Shown here in pieces: positions 1-6,384 of a DNA stretch of 42,304 nucleotides (positions are counted from its first letter, which is position 1; every line of letters begins with the position of its first letter). The notes below the pieces were generated by a model, which saw only the letters and a list, made by a program, of their open reading frames with translations, had not been told where the DNA came from and searched no databases. The translations under genes were made by a program, and so were the position numbers. This stretch comes from a virus (Duplodnaviria > Caudoviricetes), in the IMG/VR virus record IMGVR_UViG_3300027874_000006, positions 1-42,304 of that record; one strand, given 5' to 3'.

Positions 1-99
1 CCGCCCGTCGTCGCCGTAGTCCGAGTTCGCGACGCCCGTGCCCGGCGGGCGGTTGCGCTTGAAACTCGCCAGCCCCGTCATCACGGCGTTGATCTGCTG
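1..99 (+). repeat. Terminal direct repeat, left copy (assembly circularisation overlap)
   Basis: 1-99 (ccgcccgtcg...gatctgctg) is identical to 42206-42304 and lies inside a coding frame. Confidence 0.95.
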
Positions 100-1167
100 G
101 ACCGTCAGCATCTCGTCGATCTGGTCGAACAGATCCAAGAACCCGTACAAGACGCCCAGGCCCGCCCGCTCGGGCAGCCGGCTCCCCGTCGTCGTCCCCA
201 GGCAGTGCGCGTACGGCCCGCGCAAGGACTGCGTGACCGGATCCCCGTAGCGGTGGGTGAACGTCTTGACCAGCTCGCCCCGGCCGCGGCCGCCGTTCGA
301 CCCCGAGAACTGGTTCTGGCCGCTCAAGATGTACGCGCACCGATTCCAGGTCCACAGTTCCGTCAGCGTCAAGGTGGACGTGCCGGCCATCGCCGTGCGC
401 CACTCCGACACCGGCAGCGCCTGCCCGAGCCCCTGCGGGACGATCCGCCCCTCGCGGTCCAGCGCCATCCCGTAGCGCGTCAGCGTCTCCAGGTACGGCA
501 CCTGCTTGTGCTCGACCCCGAGCGTCAACCCGTCGTCGCCCTTCCAGTAGTACCAGGTCGCCGCGTCCACGTCGGCGGAGCGCAGCGGGTACGGCGCGAC
601 TGTTTTTTTGTAGTCCTCCGTCCGGCTGTCGTAGTACCTGTCTTTGCTGTCCGAATCCAGCGTCGCGTACTTGCCGGTCGTGAGCTCCTTCTCGAGCTCC
701 TTCGAGAAACTGGCGTAGTCCGCCCAGGCGCTCCGCGTTCTCGGAAGCGTCTTGAGCACGCCCTCGCCCCGGCACACGACCGAGTGGACGAAGCGCCGGA
801 AGAGCGGCGACTCCGCCTCCTCCTCCTGGCGCACCCACGAGGCGTCGAAGAAGTGCTCCCGCAGGGTGGCGTTCACCTGCTGCGACTCGGCCGCACCCGT
901 GACCGGGAACTGGACGGCGGGGGGATCGACGGTTAAGGCGGCGGTTATAGTATTAGTGAAGTAAATAGGGAGAGGGTTATGCCTGGGAATCCCGACACCT
1001 TTGTAGCCTTTCGGGATTTTTGTTTCGTAGCCCGTGTACAAGGTGCGGTCTATGCGCTCGTATAGTGCATCTCTTTCCTGAAACTCGCTCTTTAATGTAT
1101 CGACTAATTCAAGCGCTTGGGCGACGTAGCGCGCATCGGACGAGGTTGTCGGCAGGGTGTCGGTCAC
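1..1167 (-). CDS. Portal protein, N-terminal part (continues across the circular join into 42205-41192, about 726 aa total)
   Basis: Hand translation gives a stop-free frame from GTG 1167 (MTDTLPTTSSDARYVAQALELVDTLKSEFQERDALYERID...) to base 1, in frame with ORF 41192..42289. RBS GAGGG is 7 nt upstream. It follows terL and the HNH gene. Confidence 0.75.
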   Translation of the reverse strand, partial: MTDTLPTTSSDARYVAQALELVDTLKSEFQERDALYERIDRTLYTGYETKIPKGYKGVGIPRHNPLPIYFTNTITAALTVDPPAVQFPVTGAAESQQVNATLREHFFDASWVRQEEEAESPLFRRFVHSVVCRGEGVLKTLPRTRSAWADYASFSKELEKELTTGKYATLDSDSKDRYYDSRTEDYKKTVAPYPLRSADVDAATWYYWKGDDGLTLGVEHKQVPYLETLTRYGMALDREGRIVPQGLGQALPVSEWRTAMAGTSTLTLTELWTWNRCAYILSGQNQFSGSNGGRGRGELVKTFTHRYGDPVTQSLRGPYAHCLGTTTGSRLPERAGLGVLYGFLDLFDQIDEMLTVQQINAVMTGLASFKRNRPPGTGVANSDYGDDGR

Positions 1168-1177
1168 GCGCACGCCC

Positions 1178-1693
1178 TCAGCGGTGCAGGGTGCCCCACG
1201 CCTTGAGGCGGTACTTCGCCACCGTCCGGCACCGCTCGGAGCAGTACCGCGCCTTCTTGGAGCGGCGCGCGTACACGGTGCCGCACAACAGGCAGGTGTG
1301 CTCGATCAGTGGGTGCGTGTCCCAGTACGCCTGCTTGTAGGCTGCGTGCTTGGCGCGGTTCTCGGGTCGCTTCTGCGCCGCCGCGGCGAACGGTTGGGCG
1401 ATCTTCTGGTTGCGCCGCGCGGCGGCCTGGTGCGCGGGCGTCGAGGCGTGGTGCGCGACGTGGTCGGGTGCCGGTATCGCCTCCAGGTTCTCGATCTGGT
1501 TGTTGGTCACGTCGTGGTCGACGTGGTGGACGTGGGTCGAGCGGACGATCGGGCCGTGGTGGTGCTGCCACACCACCCGGTGCAACATCCGGCCCTGGTG
1601 CGCGAAGTAGCCGCCGCGCACGGGCCAGTAGTTGACGCCCAGGAACGATTGCTTGGTCGGAGACAGGACGAGGACGCGGGGTGTTTCCGTCAT
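1178..1693 (-). CDS. HNH homing endonuclease with C-terminal Cys4 Zn finger
   Basis: LHRVVW...VHHVDHDVTNNQIENL...H motif (HNH_3 type) and CLLC...YCSERC. Start taken at MTETPR, 5 nt after a TACAAT box. Confidence 0.85.
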   Translation of the reverse strand: MTETPRVLVLSPTKQSFLGVNYWPVRGGYFAHQGRMLHRVVWQHHHGPIVRSTHVHHVDHDVTNNQIENLEAIPAPDHVAHHASTPAHQAAARRNQKIAQPFAAAAQKRPENRAKHAAYKQAYWDTHPLIEHTCLLCGTVYARRSKKARYCSERCRTVAKYRLKAWGTLHR

Positions 1694-1698
1694 CCCCC

Positions 1699-1704
1699 AT
1701 TGTA
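1699..1704 (-). promoter_or_regulatory. -10 box (TACAAT) of a probable leaderless promoter for the HNH gene
   Basis: TACAAT-ggggg-ATG on the minus strand, with no clear -35 element. Confidence 0.45.
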
Positions 1705-1735
1705 TCCCACCAGCCAACATTCCTTGCGCGCACGG

Positions 1736-3064
1736 TTACCGCTCCCACACGACGGGCCGCGCCACCGGAGGCGGCGGACTGGCCTCGGCGACGAGTCCGT
1801 AGCGGAGGGCGTCGGCGGCGTGGTCTTCGGTCTTGACGGACTTGAGCGCGTCGGCCAGGTCCTCGGGGTCGAGCGGGTCGTGGACCATCGCCGGCAGCGT
1901 GCGCTCGAGGTTGGGGCAGCGGCCCCGCAGCAACTGCAGTTTCGGCACCCCGTCGGCCTGGTCGGCCAGGGCGTCGCGCACGACCTGCCAGCCGTGGCGG
2001 CGGTTGTTGCCGCCGGGGACCAGCGGCACGCCGCGGGCGCGGTAGACGCTCGCGATCGAGGGCTTGTCCTGCTCGGACCGCTTGGCGAACATCGACGGGT
2101 CGCCGACGTGCAGGCCGTAGAGGCGCCCGTCGCCGGCGAGGCCGAGGTCGGCGCGCTCGCGGGCGACGCGGGCGGCGACCAGGTCGGCCTGCTCGGCGTC
2201 CCGCTTGCCGGCGGCGTAGAGCTCGCCGCTCACGTAGACGCGCCGGGTCGCGGGGTCGCGGGCGAAGAAGAGCGTGCAGAACGGCGCCGCGTAGCCGTAG
2301 TCGGTCGCGGTCCAGCGCGGCCAGTGCGGCGGGACCCGGATCGGGGCGACGACGTGGCGGTCGGGGTCCCACTCGGGGAAGAACATCCCGTCGGCCGCGC
2401 ACCACTCGCCCAGGCGCAGGCGCCGGTGGCGGTAGCCGGTCAGGGCATCGAGCGCGGCGAGGCGCTCGGGGGTGATGGACGGGTTGTCCTCGTGGCGGGA
2501 GCGCAGGCGCGTGGTGGCGCCGGCGGCGCAGCGCTGGTTGAGCCAGTGGTCGGGGCCGGCGGGGTTGCAGTCGCCGATCAGTTGGCGGTAGGGCATCACG
2601 TCGTGGCGCAGGCGCGAGCGGAGGATCTCCCAGTCGCCGAGCTCGAGCTCGGTCGCCTCCTGCACGTAGGCGACGTCCAACTCCAGCGACTTGATCTTCT
2701 CGGGGTCGTCCAGGCCGGCGACGATGAGGACCGAGCCGTTGGGGTAGCGGTACTCCTGCTCCTCGTGGTGGAACCGCACGCCCGAGGGCGACGGCAGCAC
2801 CTTCTCCTCGAAGGTGACCATCGCGGTCTGCGTCAGCGATACGCGGGTCTTGCGGAACAGGCCCCCGCGCATCTTCGGGTAGTTGACCGCGCAGATGTCC
2901 AGCTTCGCCAGGCAGGCGCGGCTCTTGCCCGTGTCGGCCGGCCCCTCGATGAGCACCTCGGGGTCGCGGCAGTACATCAACGCCTGGGCGGCGCCCTTGG
3001 GTTGGTAGGCGCCCGACGACGCCGGTGGCGGCCCCTGGACGCGCTCGAGGACGGGCAGGAGCAT
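1736..3064 (-). CDS. terL: Terminase large subunit
   Basis: Walker A-like EGPADTGKS, Walker B-like VAYVQEATE, motif III DCNP, nuclease TDYGY and C-terminal DHAADALRY. Adjacent to terS. Confidence 0.92.
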   Translation of the reverse strand: MLLPVLERVQGPPPASSGAYQPKGAAQALMYCRDPEVLIEGPADTGKSRACLAKLDICAVNYPKMRGGLFRKTRVSLTQTAMVTFEEKVLPSPSGVRFHHEEQEYRYPNGSVLIVAGLDDPEKIKSLELDVAYVQEATELELGDWEILRSRLRHDVMPYRQLIGDCNPAGPDHWLNQRCAAGATTRLRSRHEDNPSITPERLAALDALTGYRHRRLRLGEWCAADGMFFPEWDPDRHVVAPIRVPPHWPRWTATDYGYAAPFCTLFFARDPATRRVYVSGELYAAGKRDAEQADLVAARVARERADLGLAGDGRLYGLHVGDPSMFAKRSEQDKPSIASVYRARGVPLVPGGNNRRHGWQVVRDALADQADGVPKLQLLRGRCPNLERTLPAMVHDPLDPEDLADALKSVKTEDHAADALRYGLVAEASPPPPVARPVVWER

Positions 3065-3459
3065 CAGACGCGGCTCGTGTCGAGGTCGCGGTACTCGCGG
3101 ACGACCTGGCTGACGGTGAGGTCGACCTTGTCGCGGTACTTCTCGGGTCGGGCGCCCTTGAGCAGGAAGATCAGCAGTGTGTCGGAGTAGCGGGTGACGG
3201 TGTGCTCGGCGCCGGCGGCGTCGACCGTGGTGACGGGGTAGCCGGTGGCGCGGCGGCGGGCCTCGGCCTCGAGCGCATCGACGGCCTGGACCTCGGCGGC
3301 GCGGTAGGCCAGGACGAAGGCGTCGTCGATCTCCTGCCAGCGGTAGACGTTCTGCCGGGGCACGCGGGCCGCGCGGCAGGCGGCGGAGACGTTGCCCGAC
3401 GCGGCGAAGGCGGCCAGGAACCGCCTTTTCTGCTGTACCGCCTGTACCTCAGTCGCCAT
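3064..3459 (-). CDS. terS: Terminase small subunit (HTH type)
   Basis: FLAAFAASGNVSAACRAARVPRQNVYRW HTH, EAEARRRA and YSDTLLIFLLKG..PEKY motifs. Its stop overlaps the terL start. Confidence 0.85.
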   Translation of the reverse strand: MATEVQAVQQKRRFLAAFAASGNVSAACRAARVPRQNVYRWQEIDDAFVLAYRAAEVQAVDALEAEARRRATGYPVTTVDAAGAEHTVTRYSDTLLIFLLKGARPEKYRDKVDLTVSQVVREYRDLDTSRV

Positions 3460-3469
3460 CCGACCCCCG

Positions 3470-3512
3470 GAAACGCGGAAAGCCCGGCTCCTCTGACGGA
3501 GGAGTCCGGGCT
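3470..3512 (-). terminator. Terminator/attenuator-like hairpin upstream of terS
   Basis: Stem AGCCCGG(a)CTCCTC-loop-GAGGAGCCGGGCT (3481-3512), followed on the minus strand by an interrupted U tract (TTCCGCGTTT). Confidence 0.6.
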
Positions 3513-3539
3513 CGGGTGCGAGGTGCGGACCTGGTCGGC

Positions 3540-3568
3540 AGTCTAGCGCCTGGCGGGGCGCGTTTCAA
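3540..3568 (-). promoter_or_regulatory. Sigma70-type late promoter
   Basis: TTGAAA (3568-3563), 17-nt spacer, TAGACT (3545-3540), directed at terS. Confidence 0.7.
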
Positions 3569-3576
3569 GCACGTCG

Positions 3577-3948
3577 CCGGCGCGCCACACCGGACCCGAC
3601 CCAACGGAACCAGACCACGACAAGCCAGGCCAGCCCACGGCTCGCCTCGCCGTGGCAGGCCGTTGCCCCGACAGGCCCGAGCACGCCTAGCCACATCCGA
3701 GCCGGCCATACCAGAACGCGAACCCACCCCGCCCATCCGCAGCCCGCCGCACCCCACCCGTGCTAGCCCCGCCGGACCCTGCCGTGCCGGACCGAACCCA
3801 AACCCACCCTGCACGAGCTGACCCGACCGAGCCATGGCCCGCCGGACCGCAGCAGAGCAGAGCAAACCGTGGCCAACCGTGCCGCGCCAGACCAGACCAG
3901 ACCCGAGCCAAGCAGACCGCGCCGGAGCCAATCGCGGCGCACCGGACC
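3577..3948 (-). repeat. Pentamer array G(G/C)Y-NN, about 74 units, putative guide-type non-coding RNA
   Basis: The minus strand directly after the stop of 3949..4557 reads ggtcc ggtgc gccgc gattg gctcc ggcgc ggtct gcttg gctcg ggtct... The first 46 units are in unbroken register: position 1 is G in 45/46, position 2 is G in 31 and C in 12, position 3 is a pyrimidine in 44/46, and positions 4-5 are free. Confidence 0.92.
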
Positions 3949-4557
3949 CTAGTCGCGCAGGACGTCGAAGGCGACGACCTGGAAGCGGCCGTAGGTGGGG
4001 CGGAAGTCGGCCAGGCCGACGAGACGGCCGGCCTCCTGCACGACGGCGTTGAGCAAGTCGGGCGGGATGTACTCCGGGGTGAGGACGCTGAGGTCGAAGG
4101 TCGCGCGCCAGCCGGGGAACAGCGCCGGGCGCGAGCGGGTCACGGCGGCCATTTGCACCTTGACGCGGTGCCGCTCGACGGCGTCCCAGTGCGCCTTGCC
4201 GGTGTCGGCCAGGATCGTGGTCGCGACGACGCCGGCCTTGAACAGGTCCTGGGCCGACTTGCGCGGCGAGCGTGGGTCCTGGCGGTACTTGGCCGCCGCG
4301 AGGACGGCGCCGCGCAGGTAGGCGCCGGGGATGCCGATGTTGCCGTTGTCGCAGCGGTAGACGTAGGACTCCACGTCGTCGGTCTTCTTGGCCTTGGAGC
4401 CCTTGGCGGCCTTGCCCTTCTCCTCGACCGCCTCGGTGTTCCAGGCGTGGAAGAGGATCGGGGCGGTGCCCTCGACGGTGACCCGCGCCGTGTACGGGGC
4501 GCTGAGGTCGATGACGGCCGCGCCGTTGTTCGAGACCGGGGTCAGCACGGAGACCAT
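3949..4557 (-). CDS. Stand-alone Cas7/RAMP-like protein (Vipr-like), 202 aa
   Basis: RAMP hallmarks: N-terminal strand RVTVEGTAPILFH, IPGAYLRGAV (compare IPGSSxKGxxR of Csm3/Cmr4/Cas7), thumb-like RHRVKVQMAAVTRSRP, and C-terminal Gly loop GRLVGLADFRPTYGRFQV. RBS GGAGGA is 7 nt upstream. Confidence 0.8.
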   Translation of the reverse strand: MVSVLTPVSNNGAAVIDLSAPYTARVTVEGTAPILFHAWNTEAVEEKGKAAKGSKAKKTDDVESYVYRCDNGNIGIPGAYLRGAVLAAAKYRQDPRSPRKSAQDLFKAGVVATTILADTGKAHWDAVERHRVKVQMAAVTRSRPALFPGWRATFDLSVLTPEYIPPDLLNAVVQEAGRLVGLADFRPTYGRFQVVAFDVLRD

Positions 4558-4584
4558 CGCATGTTCCTCCTATCGCGAGCGGTG

Positions 4585-4950
4585 TCAGAGCTCCGGCACG
4601 CGGCCGGCCTGCTCGAAGGCGTCGCGGCGCACGCGCTCGAGGAAGTCGTCCGCCGCGTCGACCAGCGCGTCGACGACGTCGCGCGCGGTGACCAGGTCGC
4701 CGCGGGCGAGCAGCAGCGCGTCCGCCGGGTCGATCGCGACCGCGACCCGGACGGGCGGGTAGCCGGCGTCGGCGGCGCGGTCGGCGACGACCTCGGGCTG
4801 CGTGGGCGGGATGAGGCCGAGGCGCACGCGGTCGGCCAGCGTGCCGAGGCCGGCCCACTCGTGCGCGTCGCCGGCCTGGATGAGGACGGCACCGGTGAAG
4901 CCGAGCGGCTCGAGGATGGGGCGTAGGTAGGCGAGCGAGTAGGTGCTCAC
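4585..4950 (-). CDS. Hypothetical protein (121 aa)
   Basis: 3' part of ORF 4585..5274. The GTG start overlaps the upstream stop (GTGA). Composition is protein-like. Confidence 0.65.
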   Translation of the reverse strand: MSTYSLAYLRPILEPLGFTGAVLIQAGDAHEWAGLGTLADRVRLGLIPPTQPEVVADRAADAGYPPVRVAVAIDPADALLLARGDLVTARDVVDALVDAADDFLERVRRDAFEQAGRVPEL

Positions 4951-5204
4951 CCGGTCGCGACCGTGACGCGGGGGCGGTCCTCCTCGAAGCGGAGGCGGAA
5001 CTGGCCGGCGCCGAGGTCGACGACGACCCTCCCGCTGCCGATGGCGCCGAGGCGGGTCTCCTCGGCGGCGAGGGCGCCGAGCAGGCGCAGCGTGCGCGGG
5101 CTGAGGGTGCCGGCGGCGACGAGCGCGACCAGCTCGGCCGCCGGCCCGCCGAGCGCGGTCGGCACGCCGCCGATCTGCACGAGCACACGGCGCTCGGTCT
5201 GCAC
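4947..5204 (-). CDS. Hypothetical protein (85 aa)
   Basis: ORF 4947..5234 trimmed to the GTG after RBS GGGAGG. Confidence 0.6.
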   Translation of the reverse strand: MQTERRVLVQIGGVPTALGGPAAELVALVAAGTLSPRTLRLLGALAAEETRLGAIGSGRVVVDLGAGQFRLRFEEDRPRVTVATG

Positions 5205-5226
5205 GCTCACCTCCCACCGCCGCCTG

Positions 5227-5235
5227 TGGCACACT
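5227..5235 (+). promoter_or_regulatory. Extended -10 (TGgCACACT), probable leaderless integrase promoter
   Basis: Lies 7 nt before the integrase ATG, with no Shine-Dalgarno sequence. Confidence 0.45.
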
Positions 5236-5242
5236 GACCGCG

Positions 5243-6382
5243 ATGCCGAAGCGGCGCGGCAAGCACGAGGGCACCCGCTACCGCCGGCCCGACGGCCTGT
5301 ACGTCGGGCGGGTGCAGTACGAGGGGCGCAAGTACTCGGTCTCCTCGACCGACCGGCTCGAGCGCGACCGGTTGCTGCGCGAGGTGATCCGCGACCTCAC
5401 CGCCGCGAAACTCCCCACGGGTGCCGGCCGGCGCAAGACGCTGCGCCAGGTGACGGAGGAGTGGCTGGCCGACCGGGCGCTCGTGAAGCCGAAGACCTAC
5501 CCGACCTGGAAGAGCTACGGCCGGCACCTGGCCGACGGGCCGCTGGGGGGCCAGGTGGTGGCGACCCTGACCGGGGCGCAGGTGACGCAGTTTTTGGCCG
5601 GGCGGGCCGCGGCGGGGTACGCGCCGTCGACGGTGCGGCAGATCCACCGGACGTTGCAGGCCTGCCTCAACTGGGCGGTCGACCAGGACGTGCCGGTGCC
5701 GGCGGCGGTGCTGCGCCTGGAGGCGCCGGCCGTCGAGGCGGTCGAGCGGGTGCAGTTGAGCCCGGCGCAGGTCGGCAACCTGTTCCGGTCCAGCCGTCTG
5801 CGGGGCGACCCGCTCGAGGCCTTCTGGCGCCTGACGTGGTATTTGGCGGCGCGCGACGGCGAGTTGCTCGCCTTGCCGTGGATCAACGTCGACCTCGGGC
5901 GCGGCGAGTGCTGGCTGATCCGCATCCTGGTCAAGTCGGTGGACGGGGTGCCGCGGGTCAACCCCGGCAAGACCAAATCGAGCCAGGCGATCCTCGCGAT
6001 CCCCGCCGACGCGGTGGACGCCTTGCGCCGGCACCACGCGGCGCAGGAGGAGCGCCGGCGCCTCTGCGGGCCGGCCTGGAAGGAGCAGCCCGGCGGGGCG
6101 CTGGTGTTCGACCGCGGGGACGGCGGGTCGTTCCGCCACGAGCAGGTGGAGCGGGCGTTCTACGCGGCGCTCGCGGCCGCCGGGCTGCCGCGGTGCCGGC
6201 TGCACGATTTGCGGGGGGCGGCGCTCTCGGCGCTGCGGGAGGCCGGCCACGACGTGCTCGACGTGCAGAAGCGGGCCCGGCACGCCTCCGTGAAGACGAC
6301 GCTGGACGCCTACGTGCGGGGCACCGACGCGGCCGACCGGCGCGCGGCCGACACGCTCGAGCGCCTGGTCGCCGAGGGGTAG
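5243..6382 (+). CDS. int: Tyrosine recombinase/integrase
   Basis: N-terminal KRRGKHEGT..RRPDG arm-binding-type start. Catalytic set: ARDGELLAL (R), KTKSS (K), LHDLR (HxxR), RHAS (H), LDAYV (Y). Confidence 0.93.
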   Translation: MPKRRGKHEGTRYRRPDGLYVGRVQYEGRKYSVSSTDRLERDRLLREVIRDLTAAKLPTGAGRRKTLRQVTEEWLADRALVKPKTYPTWKSYGRHLADGPLGGQVVATLTGAQVTQFLAGRAAAGYAPSTVRQIHRTLQACLNWAVDQDVPVPAAVLRLEAPAVEAVERVQLSPAQVGNLFRSSRLRGDPLEAFWRLTWYLAARDGELLALPWINVDLGRGECWLIRILVKSVDGVPRVNPGKTKSSQAILAIPADAVDALRRHHAAQEERRRLCGPAWKEQPGGALVFDRGDGGSFRHEQVERAFYAALAAAGLPRCRLHDLRGAALSALREAGHDVLDVQKRARHASVKTTLDAYVRGTDAADRRAADTLERLVAEG

Positions 6383-6384
6383 CA

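Noticed and set aside
1-99. End repeat as a biological direct terminal repeat of the virion DNA
   Set aside because: It is exactly 99 bp, a typical assembler k-mer length, and falls in the middle of the portal reading frame, so it is better explained as circular assembly overlap.
205-1340. Plus-strand ORFs 38..250, 205..936, 257..475, 752..964 and 1020..1340
   Set aside because: They are antisense shadows of the portal frame, which the ORF track missed because it runs off the contig end.
3577-3948. Pentamer array as a CRISPR array or a simple microsatellite
   Set aside because: There are no 25-40-bp identical repeats with unique spacers. The units are not identical copies either, since only three of five positions are constrained.
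3449-4052. ORFs crossing the array (3516..3821 +, 3687..3911 -, 3834..4052 +, 3449..5188 -)
   Set aside because: Their low-complexity R/G/A/P translations are produced by the 5-nt periodicity. They lack an RBS and overlap better-supported genes and the late promoter.
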